From the NCBI GenBank assembly GCA_964016885.1, contig OZ024741.1, forward strand, positions 211,172,001 through 211,236,000: a DNA stretch of 64,000 nt. Direction: 5' to 3'. The translations under genes were made by a program, and so were the position numbers. The stretch comes from Eledone cirrhosa. Taxonomy: Eukaryota. The notes beneath the pieces were generated by a model. The model was not told where the DNA came from and ran no database searches. It worked only from the letters and a program-made list of their open reading frames with translations. Shown piece by piece: positions 15,501 through 30,500 of this stretch. How positions within the stretch are numbered: position 1 is the stretch's first letter; each line of letters opens with the position of its first letter.

Positions 15501-18500
15501 TCAGTCCACTGTCTCAGCCTCAGTCCACCTATCTCAGTCACAGTCCACTGTCTCAGCCACAGTCCACTGTCTCAGCCACAGTCCACCTATCTCAGCCACA
15601 GTCCACCTATCTCAGCCACAGTCCACTTATCTCAGTCTCAGTCCACTGTCTCAGCCACAGTCCACTGTCTCAGTCTCAGTCCACTGTCTCAGCCTCAGTC
15701 CACTGTCTTAGCCTCAGTCCACCTATCTCAGTCTCAGTCCACTGTCTCAGCCACAGTCCACTGTCTCTATCTCGGTCCACCTATCTCAGCCACAGTCCAC
15801 TGTCTCAGCCACAGTCCACTGTCTCAGCCACAGTCCACTGTCTCAGCTACAGTCCACTGTCTCAGCCACAGTCCACTGTCTCAGCCTCAGTCCACTGTCT
15901 CAGCCACAGTCCACTTATCTCAGCCTCAGTCCACTGTCTCAGTCTCAGTCCACCTATCTCAGCGACAGTCCACTTATCTCAGCCACAGTCCACTGTCTCA
16001 GCCTCAGTCCACTGTCTCAGCCACAGTCCACTTATCTCAGTCTCAGTCCACTGTCTCAGCCACAGTCCACTGTCTCATCCTCAGTCCACCTATCTCAGCC
16101 ACAGTCCACAGTCTCAGCCTCAGTCCACCTACCTCAGCCTCAGTCCACCTATCTCAGCCACAGTCCACGTATCTCAGCCACAGTCCACTGTCTCAGCCTC
16201 AGTCCACTGTCTCAGCCACATTCCACTGTCTCAGCCACAGTCCACCTATCTCAGCCACAGTCCACTGTCTCTGCCACAGTCCACTGTCTCAGCCACAGTC
16301 CACTGTCTCAGCCTCAGTCCACTGTCTCAGCCTCAGTCCACCTATCTCAGCCACAGTCCACTGTCTCAGCCACAGTCCACTGTCTCAGCCACAGTCCACT
16401 GTCTCAGCCTCAGTCCACTGTCTCAGCCACAGTCCACCTATCTCAGCCACAGTCCACTGTCTCAGCCTCAGTCCACTGTCTCAGCCACAGTCCACCTATC
16501 TCAGCCACAGTCCACTGTCTCAGCCACAGTCCACCGTCTCAGCCACAGTCCACTGTCTCAGCCTCAGTCCACTGTCTCAGTCTCAGTCCACCTATCTCAG
16601 CCACAGTCCACTGTCTCAGCCTCAGTCCACCTATCTCAGCCACAGTCCACTGTCTCAGCCACAGTCCACTGTATCAGCCACAGTCCACTGTCTCAGCCTC
16701 AGTCCACTGTCTCAGTCTCAGTCCACCTATCTCAGCCACAGTCCACTGTCTCAGCCACAGTCCACTGTCTCAGCCACAATCCACCTATCTCAGTCTCAGT
16801 CCACTGTCTCAGCCACAGTCCACTGTCTCAGTCTCAGTCCACCTATCTCAGCCACAGTCCACTGTCTCAGCCTCAGTCCACTGTCTCAGCCACAGTCCAC
16901 TGTCTCAGCATCAGTCCACCTACCTCAGCCTCAGTCCACTGTCTCAGTCTCAGTCCACCTATCTCAGCCACAGTCCACCTATCTCAGCCACAGTCCACTG
17001 TCTCAGCCACAGTCCACTGTCTCAGCCTCAGTTCACCTATCTCAGTCTCAGTCCACTGTCTCAGCCACAGTCCACTTATCTCAGCCAGAGTCCACTGTCT
17101 CAGCCACAGTCCACTGTCTCAGTCTCAGTCCACCTATCTCAGTCTCAGTCCACCTATCTCAGTCTCAGTCCACTGTCTCAGCCACAGTCCACTGTCTCAG
17201 CCTCAGTCCACCTATCTCAGCCTCAGTCCACTGTCTCAGCCACAGTCCACTTATCTCAGCCTCAGTCCACTGTCTCAGTCTCAGTCCACCTACCTCAGAC
17301 ACAGTCCACCGTCTCAGCCACAGTCCACTGTCTCAGCCTCAGTCCACCTATCTCAGCCTCAGTCCACCTATCTCAGCCTCAGTCCACCGTCTCAGCCACA
17401 GTCCACTGTCTCAGCCTCAGTCCACCTATCTCAGTCTCAGTCCACTGTCTCAGCCACAGTCCACTGTCTCAGTCTCAGTCCACTGTCTCAGCCTCAGTCC
17501 ACTGTCTCAGCCTCAGCCCACTGTCTCAGTCTCAGTCCACCTATCTCAGTCTCAGTCCACCTATCTCAGCCACAGTCCACTGCCTCAGCCACAGTCCACT
17601 GTCTCAGTCTCAGTCCACCTATCTCAGTCTCAGGCCACTGTCTCAGCCACAGTCCACTGTCTCAGCCTCAGTCCACTGTCTCAGCCTCAGTCCACCTATC
17701 TCAACCACAGTCCACTGTCTCAGCCACAGTCCACTGTCTCTGCCTCAGTCCACTGTCTCAGCCACAGTCCACTTATCTCAGTCTCAGTCCACTGTCTCAG
17801 CCACAGTCCACTGTCTCAGTCTCAGTCCACTGTCTCAACCACAGTCCACTGTCTCAGCCACAGTCCACTGTCTCGGCCTCAGTCCACTCTCTCAGCCACA
17901 GTCCACTTATCTCAGTCTCAGTCCACTGTCTCAGCCACAGTCCACTGTCTCAGCCTCAGTCCACCTATCTCAGCCACAGTCCACTTATCTCAGTCTCAGT
18001 CCACTGTCTCATCCTCAGTCAACCTATCTCAGCCACAGTCCACTGTCTCAGGCTCAGTCCACCTATCTCAGTCTCAGTCCACCTATCTCAGCTTCAGTCC
18101 ACCTATCTCAGCCACAGTCCACCTATCTCAGCCTCAGTCCACTGTCTCAGTCTCAGTCCACTGTCTCAACCACAGTCCACTGTCTCAGCCACAGTCCACC
18201 TATCTCAGCCTCAGTCCACTGTCTCAGTCTCAGTCCTCTGTCTCAGCCACAGACCACCTATCTCAGCCACAGTCCACCTATCTCAGCCACAGACCACTTA
18301 TCTCAGTCTCAGTCCACCTATCTCAGTCTCAGTCCACTGTCTCAGCCTCAGTCCACCTATCTCAGTCACAGTCCACCTATCTCAGTCTCAGTCCACTGTC
18401 TCAGCCACAGACCACTTATCTCAGTCTCAGTCCACCTATCTCAGTCTCAGTCCACCTATCTCAGCCTCAGTCCACCTATCTCAGCCACAGTCCACCTATC

Positions 18501-21500
18501 TCAGCCACAGTCCACTGTCTCATCCTCAGTCAACCTATCTCAGCCACAGTCCACAGTCTCAGCCTCAGTCCACCTATCTCAGCCACAGTCTCACTGTCTC
18601 AGCCTCAGTCCACTCTCTCAACCACAGTCCACTTATCTCAGTCTCAGTCCACTGTCTCAGCCACAGTCCACTGTCTCAGCCTCAGTCCACTGTCTCAGCC
18701 TCAGTCCACCTATCTCAGCCACAGTCCACCTATCTCAGCCACAGTCCACTGTCTCAGCCTCAGTCCACCTATCTCAGCCACAGTCCACCTATCTCAGTCT
18801 CAGTCCACCTACCTCAGCCTCAGTCCACCTATCTCAGCCACAGTCCACGTATCTCAGCCACAGTCCACTATCTCAGCCTCAGTCCACTGTCTCAGTCTCA
18901 GTCCGCAGTCTCAGCCACAGTCCACTGTCTCAGCCACAGTCCACCTATCTCAGCCACAGTCCACTGTCTCAGCCTCAGTCCACCTATCTCAGCCACAGTC
19001 CACCTATCTCAGCCACAGTCCACTGTCTCAGCCTCAGTCCACCTATCTCAGCCACAGTCCACCTATCTCAGCCACAGTCCACTGTCTCAGCCACAGTCCA
19101 TTGTCTCAGCCTCAGTCCGCTGTCTCAGCCTCAGTACACCTATCTCAGCCACAGTCCACTGTCTCAGCCTCAGTCCACCTATCTCAGCCACAGTCCACCT
19201 ATCTCAGCCACAGTCCACTGTCTCAGCCACAGTCCACTGTCTCAGCCTCAGTCCACTGTCTCAGCCTCAGTCCACCTGTCTCAGCCACAGTCCACTGTCT
19301 CAGCCACAGTCCACTGTCTCAGCCTCAGTTCACTGTCTCAGCCACAGTCCACTGTCTCAGCTACAGTCCACTGTCTGAGCCACAGTCCATTGTCTCAGCC
19401 TCAGTCCACTGTCTCAGCCTCAGTACACCTATCTCAGCCACAGTCCACTGTCTCAGCCTCAGTTCACCTATCTCAGCCACAGTCCACCTATCTCAGCCAC
19501 AGTCCACTGTCTCAGCCACAGTCCATTGTCTCAGCCTCAGTCCACTGTCTCATCCTCAGTACACCTATCTCAGCCACAGTCCACTGTCTCAGCCTCAGTC
19601 CACCTATCTCAGCCACAGTCCACCTATCTCAGCCACAGTCCACTGTCTCAGCCACAGTCCATTGTCTCAGCCTCAGTCCACCGTCTCAGCCTCAGTACAC
19701 CTATCTCAGCCACAGTCCACTGTCTCAGCCACAATCCACCTATCTCAGCCAGAGTCCACCGTCTCAGCCACAGTCCACTGTCTCAGCCACATTCCACTGT
19801 CTCAGTCTCAGTCCACTGTCTCAGCCTCAGTCCACCTATCTCAGTCTCAGTCCACTGTCTCAGCCTCAGTCCACCTATCTCAGTCACAGTCCACTGTCTC
19901 AGCCACAGTCCACTGTCTCAGCCTCAGTCCACCTATCTCAGCCACAGTCCACCTATCTCAGCCACAGTCCACTTATCTCAGTCTCAGTCCACTGTCTCAG
20001 CCACAGTCCACTGTCTCAGTCTCAGTCCACTGTCTCAGCCTCAGTCCACTGTCTTAGCCTCAGTCCACCTATCTCAGTCTCAGACCACTGTCTCAGCCAC
20101 AGTCCACTGTCTCTATCTCGGTCCACCTATCTCAGCCACAGTCCACTGTCTCAGCCACAGTCCACTGTCTCAGCCACAGTCCACTGTCTCAGCTACAGTC
20201 CACTGTCTCAGCCACAGTCCACTGTCTCAGCCTCAGTCCACTGTCTCAGCCACAGTCCACTTATCTCAGCCTCAGTCCACTGTCTCAGTCTCAGTCCACC
20301 TATCTCAGCGACAGTCCACTTATCTCAGCCACAGTCCACTGTCTCAGCCTCAGTCCACTGTCTCAGCCACAGTCCACTTATCTCAGTCTCAGTCCACTGT
20401 CTCAGCCACAGTCCACTGTCTCATCCTCAGTCCACCTATCTCAGCCACAGTCCACAGTCTCAGCCTCAGTCCACCTACCTCAGCTTCAGTCCACCTATCT
20501 CAGCCACAGTCCACGTATCTCAGCCACAGTCCACTGTCTCAGCCACAGTCCACTGTCTCAGCCACAGTCCACTGTCTCAGCCTCAGTCCACTGTCTCAGC
20601 CACAGTCCACCTATCTCAGCCACAGTCCACTGTCTCAGCCTCAGTCCACTGTCTCAGCCACAGTCCACCTATCTCAGCCACAGTCCACTGTCTCAGCCAC
20701 AGTCCACCGTCTCAGCCACAGTCCACTGTCTCAGCCTCAGTCCACTGTCTCAGTCTCAGTCCACCTATCTCAGCCACAGTCCACTGTCTCAGCCTCAGTC
20801 CACCTATCTCAGCCACAGTCCACTGTCTCAGCCACAGTCCACTGTCTCAGCCACAGTCCACTGTCTCAGCCTCAGTCCACTGTCTCAGTCTCAGTCCACC
20901 TATCTCAGCCACAGTCCACTGTCTCAGCCACAGTCCACTGTCTCAGCATCAGTCCACCTATCTCAGCCTCAGTCCACTGTCTCAGTCTCAGTCCACCTAT
21001 CTCAGCCACAGTCCACCTATCTCAGCCACAGTCCACTGTCTCAGCCGCATTCCACTGTCTCAGCCACAGTCCACTGTCTCAGCATCAGTCCACCTATCTC
21101 AGCCTCAGTCCACTGTCTCAGTCTCAGTCCACCTATCTCAGCCACAGTCCACCTATCTCAGCCACAGTCCACTGTCTCAGCCACAATCCACCTATCTCAG
21201 TCTCAGTCCACTGTCTCAGCCACAGTCCACTGTCTCAGTCTCAGTCCACCTATCTCAGCCACAGTCCACTGTCTCAGCCTCAGTCCACTGTCTCAGCCAC
21301 AGTCCACTGTCTCAGCATCAGTCCACCTACCTCAGCCTCAGTCCACTGTCTCAGTCTCAGTCCACCTATCTCAGCCACAGTCCACCTATCTCAGCCACAG
21401 TCCACTGTCTCAGCCACAGTCCACTGTCTCAGCCTCAGTTCACCTATCTCAGTCTCAGTCCACTGTCTCAGCCACAGTCCACTTATCTCAGCCAGAGTCC

Positions 21501-24500
21501 ACTGTCTCAGCCACAGTCCACTGTCTCAGTCTCAGTCCACCTATCTCAGTCTCAGTCCACCTATCTCAGTCTCAGTCCACTGTCTCAGCCACAGTCCACT
21601 GTCTCAGCCTCAGTCCACCTATCTCAGCCTCAGTCCACTGTCTCAGCCACAGTCCACTTATCTCAGCCACAGTCCACTGTCTCAGTATCAGTCCACCTAC
21701 CTCAGACACAGTCCACCGTCTCAGCCACAGTCCACTGTCTCAGCCTCAGTCCACCTATCTCAGCCTCAGTCCACCTATCTCAGCCTCAGTCCACCGTCTC
21801 AGCCACAGTCCACTGTCTCAGCCTCAGTCCACCTATCTCAGTCTCAGTCCACTGTCTCAGCCACAGTCCACTGTCTCAGTCTCAGTCCACTGTCTCAGCC
21901 TCAGTCCACTGTCTCAGCCTCAGCCCACTGTCTCAGTCTCAGTCCACCTATCTCAGTCTCAGTCCACCTATCTCAGCCACAGTCCACTGCCTCAGCCACA
22001 GTCCACTGTCTCAGTCTCAGTCCACCTATCTCAGTCTCAGGCCACTGTCTCAGCCACAGTCCACTGTCTCAGCCTCAGTCCACTGTCTCAGCCTCAGTCC
22101 ACCTATCTCAACCACAGTCCACTGTCTCAGCCACAGTCCACTGTCTCTGCCTCAGTCCACTGTCTCAGCCACAGTCCACTTATCTCAGTCTCAGTCCACT
22201 GTCTCAGCCACAGTCCACTGTCTCAGTCTCAGTCCACTGTCTCAACCACAGTCCACTGTCTCAGCCACAGTCCACTGTCTCGGCCTCAGTCCACTCTCTC
22301 AGCCACAGTCCACTTATCTCAGTCTCAGTCCACTGTCTCAGCCACAGTCCACTGTCTCAGCCTCAGTCCACCTATCTCAGCCACAGTCCACTTATCTCAG
22401 TCTCAGTCCACTGTCTCATCCTCAGTCAACCTATCTCAGCCACAGTCCACTGTCTCAGGCTCAGTCCACCTATCTCAGTCTCAGTCCACCTATCTCAGCT
22501 TCAGTCCACCTATCTCAGCCACAGTCCACCTATCTCAGCCTCAGTCCACTGTCTCAGTCTCAGTCCACTGTCTCAGCCACAGTCCACTGTCTCAGCCACA
22601 GTCCACCTATCTCAGCCTCAGTCCACTGTCTCAGTCTCAGTCCACTGTCTCAGCCACAGTCCACCTATCTCAGCCACAGTCCACCTATCTCAGCCACAGA
22701 CCACTTATCTCAGTCTCAGTCCACCTATCTCAGTCTCAGTCCACTGTCTCAGCCTCAGTCCACCTATCTCAGTCACAGTCCACCTATCTCAGTCTCAGTC
22801 CACTGTCTCAGCCACAGACCACTTATCTCAGTCTCAGTCCACCTATCTCAGTCTCAGTCCACCTATCTCAGCCTCAGTCCACCTATCTCAGCCACAGTCC
22901 ACCTATCTCAGCCACAGTCCACTGTCTCATCCTCAGTCAACCTATCTCAGCCACAGTCCACAGTCTCAGCCTCAGTCCACCTATGTCAGCCACAGTCTCA
23001 CTGCCTCAGCCTCAGTCCACTCTCTCAACCACAGTCCACTTATCTCAGTCTCAGTCCACTGTCTCAGCCACAGTCCACTGTCTCAGCCTCAGTCCACTGT
23101 CTCAGCCTCAGTCCACCTATCTCAGCCACAGTCCACCTATCTCAGCCACAGTCCACTGTCTCAGCCTCAGTCCACCTATCTCAGCCACAGTCCACCTATC
23201 TCAGTCTCAGTCCACCTACCTCAGCCTCAGTCCACCTATCTCAGCCACAGTCCACGTATCTCAGCCACAGTCCACTATCTCAGCCTCAGTCCACTGTATC
23301 AGTCTCAGTCCGCAGTCTCAGCCACAGTCCACTGTCTCAGCCACAGTCCACCTATCTCAGCCACAGTCCACTGTCTCAGCCTCAGTCCACCTATCTCAGC
23401 CACAGTCCACCTATCTCAGCCACAGTCCACTGTCTCAGCCTCAGTCCACCTATCTCAGCCACAGTCCACCTATCTCAGCCACAGTCCACTGTCTCAGCCA
23501 CAGTCCATTGTCTCAGCCTCAGTCCGCTGTCTCAGCCTCAGTACACCTATCTCAGCCACAGTCCACTGTCTCAGCCTCAGTCCACCTATCTCAGCCACAG
23601 TCCACCTATCTCAGCCACAGTCCACTGTCTCAGCCACAGTCCACTGTCTCAGCCTCAGTCCACTGTCTCAGCCTCAGTCCACCTATCTCAGCCACAGTCC
23701 ACTGTCTCAGCCACAGTCCACTGTCTCAGCCTCAGTTCACTGTCTCAGCCACAGTCCACTGTCTCAGCTACAGTCCACTGTCTGAGCCACAGTCCATTGT
23801 CTCAGCCTCAGTCCACTGTCTCAGCCTCAGTACACCTATCTCAGCCACAGTCCACTGTCTCAGCCTCAGTCCACCTATCTCAGCCACAGTCCACCTATCT
23901 CAGCCACAGTCCACTGTCTCAGCCACAGTCCATTGTCTCAGCCTCAGTCCACTGTCTCATCCTGAGTACACCTATCTCAGCCACAGTCCACTGTCTCAGC
24001 CTCAGTCCACCTATCTCAGCCACAGTCCACCTATCTCAGCCACAGTCCACTGTCTCAGCCACAGTCCATTGTCTCAGCCTCAGTCCACCGTCTCAGCCTC
24101 AGTACACCTATCTCAGCCACAGTCCACTGTCTCAGCCACAATCCACCTATCTCAGCCAGAGTCCACCGTCTCAGCCACAGTCCACTGTCTCAGCCACAGT
24201 CCACTGTCTCAGTCTCAGTCCACTGTCTCAGCCTCAGTCCACTGTCTTAGCCTCAGTCCACCTATCTCAGTCTCAGTCCACTGTCTCAGCCACAGTCCAC
24301 TGTCTCTATCTCGGTCCACCTATCTCAGCCACAGTCCACTGTCTCAGCCACAGTCCACTGTCTCAGCCACAGTCCACTGTCTCAGCTACAGTCCACTGTC
24401 TCAGCCACAGTCCACTGTCTCAGCCTCAGTCCACTGTCTCAGCCACAGTCCACTTATCTCAGCCTCAGTCCACTGTCTCAGTCTCAGTCCACCTATCTCA

Positions 24501-27500
24501 GCGACAGTCCACTTATCTCAGCCACAGTCCACTGTCTCAGCCTCAGTCCACTGTCTCAGCCACAGTCCACTTATCTCAGTCTCAGTCCACTGTCTCAGCC
24601 ACAGTCCACTGTCTCATCCTCAGTCCACCTATCTCAGCCACAGTCCACAGTCTCAGCCTCAGTCCACCTACCTCAGCCTCAGTCCACCTATCTCAGCCAC
24701 AGTCCACGTATCTCAGCCACAGTCCACTGTCTCAGCCACAGTCCACTGTCTCAGCCACAGTCCACTGTCTCAGCCACAGTCCACCTATCTCAGCCACAGT
24801 CCACTGTCTCAGCCTCAGTCCACTGTCTCAGCCACAGTCCACCTATCTCAGCCACAGTCCACTGTCTCAGCCACAGTCCACCGTCTCAGCCACAGTCCAC
24901 TGTCTCAGCCTCAGTCCACTGTCTCAGTCTCAGTCCACCTATCTCAGCCACAGTCCACTGTCTCAGCCTCAGTCCACCTATCTCAGCCACAGTCCACTGT
25001 CTCAGCCACAGTCCACTGTCTCAGCCTCAGTCCACTGTCTCAGCCACAGTCCACCTATCTCAGCCACAGTCCACTGTCTCAGCCACAGTCCACCGTCTCA
25101 GCCACAGTCCACTGTCTCAGCCTCAGTCCACTGTCTCAGTCTCAGTCCACCTATCTCAGCCACAGTCCACTGTCTCAGCCTCAGTCCACCTATCTCAGCC
25201 ACAGTCCACTGTCTCAGCCACAGTCCACTGTCTCAGCCACAGTCCACTGTCTCAGCCTCAGTCCACTGTCTCAGTCTCAGTCCACCTATCTCAGCCACAG
25301 TCCACTGTCTCAGCCACAGTCCACTGTCTCAGCATCAGTCCACCTATCTCAGCCTCAGTCCACTGTCTCAGTCTCAGTCCACCTATCTCAGCCACAGTCC
25401 ACCTATCTCAGCCACAGTCCACTGTCTCAGCCGCAGTCCACTGTCTCAGCCACAGTCCACTGTCTCAGCATCAGTCCACCTATCTCAGCCTCAGTCCACT
25501 GTCTCAGTCTCAGTCCACCTATCTCAGCCACAGTCCACCTATCTCAGCCACAGTCCACTGTCTCAGCCACAATCCACCTATCTCAGTCTCAGTCCACTGT
25601 CTCAGCCACAGTCCACTGTCTCAGTCTCAGTCCACCTATCTCAGCCACAGTCCGCTGTCTCAGCCTCAGTCCACTGTCTCAGCCACAGTCCACTGTCTCA
25701 GCATCAGTCCACCTACCTCAGCCTCAGTCCACTGTCTCAGTCTCAGTCCACCTATCTCAGCCACAGTCCACTGTCTCAGCCTCAGTCCACTGTCTCAGCC
25801 ACAGTCCACTGTCTCAGCATCAGTCCACCTACCTCAGCCTCAGTCCACTGTCTCAGCCACAGTCCACTTATCTCAGCCAGAGTCCACTGTCTCAGCCACA
25901 GTCCACTGTCTCAGCCTCAGTCCACTGTCTCAGCCTCAGTCCACCTATCTCAACCACAGTCCACTGTCTCAGCCACAGTCCACTGTCTCTGCCTCAGTCC
26001 ACTGTCTCAGCCACAGTCCACTTATCTCAGTCTCAGTCCACTGTCTCAGCCACAGTCCACTGTCTCAGTCTCAGTCCACTGTCTCAACCACAGTCCACTG
26101 TCTTAGCCTCAGTCCACCTATCTCAGTCTCAGTCCACTGTCTCAGCCACAGTCCACTGTCTCAGCCACAGTCCACTGTCTCAGCCTCAGTCCACCTATCT
26201 CAGCCACAGTCCACTTATCTCAGTCTCAGTCCACTGTCTCATCCTCAGTCAACCTATCTCAGCCACAGTCCACTGTCTCAGGCTCAGTCCACCTATCTCA
26301 GTCTCAGTCCACCTATCTCAGCTTCAGTCCACCTATCTCAGCCACAGTCCACCTATCTCAGCCTCAGTCCACTGTCTCAGTCTCAGTCCACTGTCTCAGC
26401 CACAGTCCACTGTCTCAGCCACAGTCCACCTATCTCAGCCTCAGTCCACTGTCTCAGTCTCAGTCCACTGTCTCAGCCACAGTCCACCTATCTCAGCCAC
26501 AGTCCACCTATCTCAGCCACAGACCACTTATCTCAGTCTCAGTCCACCTATCTCAGTCTCAGTCCACTGTCTCAGCCTCAGTCCACCTATCTCAGTCACA
26601 GTCCACCTATCTCAGTCTCAGTCCACTGTCTCAGCCACAGACCACTTATCTCAGTCTCAGTCCACCTATCTCAGTCTCAGTCCACCTATCTCAGCCTCAG
26701 TCCACCTATCTCAGCCACAGTCCACCTATCTCAGCCACAGTCCACTGTCTCATCCTCAGTCAACCTATCTCAGCCACAGTCCACAGTCTCAGCCTCAGTC
26801 CACCTATGTCAGCCACAGTCTCACTGTCTCAGCCTCAGTCCACTCTCTCAACCACAGTCCACTTATCTCAGTCTCAGTCCACTGTCTCAGCCACAGTCCA
26901 CTGTCTCAGCCTCAGTCCACTGTCTCAGCCTCAGTCCACCTATCTCAGCCACAGTCCACCTATCTCAGCCACAGTCCACTGTCTCAGCCTCAGTCCACCT
27001 ATCTCAGCCACAGTCCACCTATCTCAGTCTCAGTCCACCTACCTCAGCCTCAGTCCACCTATCTCAGCCACAGTCCACGTATCTCAGCCACAGTCCACTA
27101 TCTCAGCCTCAGTCCACTGTATCAGTCTCAGTCCGCAGTCTCAGCCACAGTCCACTGTCTCAGCCACAGTCCACCTATCTCAGCCACAGTCCACTGTCTC
27201 AGCCTCAGTCCACCTATCTCAGCCACAGTCCACCTATCTCAGCCACAGTCCACTGTCTCAGCCTCAGTCCACCTATCTCAGCCACAGTCCACCTATCTCA
27301 GCCACAGTCCACTGTCTCAGCCACAGTCCATTGTCTCAGCCTCAGTCCGCTGTCTCAGCCTCAGTACACCTATCTCAGCCACAGTCCACTGTCTCAGCCT
27401 CAGTCCACCTATCTCAGCCACAGTCCACCTATCTCAGCCACAGTCCACTGTCTCAGCCACAGTCCACTGTCTCAGCCTCAGTCCACTGTCTCAGCCTCAG

Positions 27501-30500
27501 TCCACCTATCTCAGCCACAGTCCACTGTCTCAGCCACAGTCCACTGTCTCAGCCTCAGTTCACTGTCTCAGCCACAGTCCACTGTCTCAGCTACAGTCCA
27601 CTGTCTGAGCCACAGTCCATTGTCTCAGCCTCAGTCCACTGTCTCAGCCTCAGTACACCTATCTCAGCCACAGTCCACTGTCTCAGCCTCAGTCCACCTA
27701 TCTCAGCCACAGTCCACCTATCTCAGCCACAGTCCACTGTCTCAGCCACAGTCCATTGTCTCAGCCTCAGTCCACTGTCTCATCCTGAGTACACCTATCT
27801 CAGCCACAGTCCACTGTCTCAGCCTCAGTCCACCTATCTCAGCCACAGTCCACCTATCTCAGCCACAGTCCACTGTCTCAGCCACAGTCCATTGTCTCAG
27901 CCTCAGTCCACCGTCTCAGCCTCAGTACACCTATCTCAGCCACAGTCCACTGTCTCAGCCACAATCCACCTATCTCAGCCAGAGTCCACCGTCTCAGCCA
28001 CAGTCCACTGTCTCAGCCACAGTCCACTGTCTCAGTCTCAGTCCACTGTCTCAGCCTCAGTCCACTGTCTTAGCCTCAGTCCACCTATCTCAGTCTCAGT
28101 CCACTGTCTCAGCCACAGTCCACTGTCTCTATCTCGGTCCACCTATCTCAGCCACAGTCCACTGTCTCAGCCACAGTCCACTGTCTCAGCCACAGTCCAC
28201 TGTCTCAGCTACAGTCCACTGTCTCAGCCACAGTCCACTGTCTCAGCCTCAGTCCACTGTCTCAGCCACAGTCCACTTATCTCAGCCTCAGTCCACTGTC
28301 TCAGTCTCAGTCCACCTATCTCAGCGACAGTCCACTTATCTCAGCCACAGTCCACTGTCTCAGCCTCAGTCCACTGTCTCAGCCACAGTCCACTTATCTC
28401 AGTCTCAGTCCACTGTCTCAGCCACAGTCCACTGTCTCATCCTCAGTCCACCTATCTCAGCCACAGTCCACTGTCTCAGCCTCAGTCCACCTATCTCAGC
28501 CACAGTCCACCTATCTCAGCCACAGTCCACTGTCTCAGCCACAGTCCATTGTCTCAGCCTCAGTCCACTGTCTCATCCTGAGTACACCTATCTCAGCCAC
28601 AGTCCACTGTCTCAGCCTCAGTCCACCTATCTCAGCCACAGTCCACCTATCTCAGCCACAGTCCACTGTCTCAGCCACAGTCCATTGTCTCAGCCTCAGT
28701 CCACCGTCTCAGCCTCAGTACACCTATCTCAGCCACAGTCCACTGTCTCAGCCACAATCCACCTATCTCAGCCAGAGTCCACCGTCTCAGCCACAGTCCA
28801 CTGTCTCAGCCACAGTCCACTGTCTCAGTCTCAGTCCACTGTCTCAGCCTCAGTCCACTGTCTTAGCCTCAGTCCACCTATCTCAGTCTCAGTCCACTGT
28901 CTCAGCCACAGTCCACTGTCTCTATCTCGGTCCACCTATCTCAGCCACAGTCCACTGTCTCAGCCACAGTCCACTGTCTCAGCCACAGTCCACTGTCTCA
29001 GCTACAGTCCACTGTCTCAGCCACAGTCCACTGTCTCAGCCTCAGTCCACTGTCTCAGCCACAGTCCACTTATCTCAGCCTCAGTCCACTGTCTCAGTCT
29101 CAGTCCACCTATCTCAGCGACAGTCCACTTATCTCAGCCACAGTCCACTGTCTCAGCCTCAGTCCACTGTCTCAGCCACAGTCCACTTATCTCAGTCTCA
29201 GTCCACTGTCTCAGCCACAGTCCACTGTCTCATCCTCAGTCCACCTATCTCAGCCACAGTCCACAGTCTCAGCCTCAGTCCACCTACCTCAGCCTCAGTC
29301 CACCTATCTCAGCCACAGTCCACGTATCTCAGCCACAGTCCACTGTCTCAGCCACAGTCCACTGTCTCAGCCACAGTCCACTGTCTCAGCCTCAGTCCAC
29401 TGTCTCAGCCACAGTCCACCTATCTCAGCCACAGTCCACTGTCTCAGCCTCAGTCCACTGTCTCAGCCACAGTCCACCTATCTCAGCCACAGTCCACTGT
29501 CTCAGCCACAGTCCACCGTCTCAGCCACAGTCCACTGTCTCAGCCTCAGTCCACTGTCTCAGTCTCAGTCCACCTATCTCAGCCACAGTCCACTGTCTCA
29601 GCCTCAGTCCACCTATCTCAGCCACAGTCCACTGTCTCAGCCACAGTCCACTGTCTCAGCCACAGTCCACTGTCTCAGCCTCAGTCCACTGTCTCAGTCT
29701 CAGTCCACCTATCTCAGCCACAGTCCACTGTCTCAGCCACAGTCCACTGTCTCAGCATCAGTCCACCTATCTCAGCCTCAGTCCACTGTCTCAGTCTCAG
29801 TCCACCTATCTCAGCCACAGTCCACCTATCTCAGCCACAGTCCACTGTCTCAGCCGCAGTCCACTGTCTCAGCCACAGTCCACTGTCTCAGCATCAGTCC
29901 ACCTATCTCAGCCTCAGTCCACTGTCTCAGTCTCAGTCCACCTATCTCAGCCACAGTCCACCTATCTCAGCCACAGTCCACTGTCTCAGCCACAATCCAC
30001 CTATCTCAGTCTCAGTCCACTGTCTCAGCCACAGTCCACTGTCTCAGTCTCAGTCCACCTATCTCAGCCACAGTCCGCTGTCTCAGCCTCAGTCCACTGT
30101 CTCAGCATCAGTCCACCTACCTCAGCCTCAGTCCACTGTCTCAGTCTCAGTCCACCTATCTCAGCCACAGTCCACTGTCTCAGCCTCAGTCCACTGTCTC
30201 AGCCACAGTCCACTGTCTCAGCATCAGTCCACCTACCTCAGCCTCAGTCCACTGTCTCAGCCACAGTCCACTTATCTCAGCCAGAGTCCACTGTCTCAGC
30301 CACAGTCCACTGTCTCAGTCTCAGTCCACCTATCTCAGTCTCAGTCCACCTATCTCAGTCTCAGTCCACTGTCTCAGCCACAGTCCACTGTCTCAGCCTC
30401 AGTCCACCGATCTAAGCCTCAGTCCACTGTCTCAGCCACAGTCCACTTATCTCAGCCTCAGTCCACTGTCTCAGTCTCAGTCCACCTACCTCAGACACAG

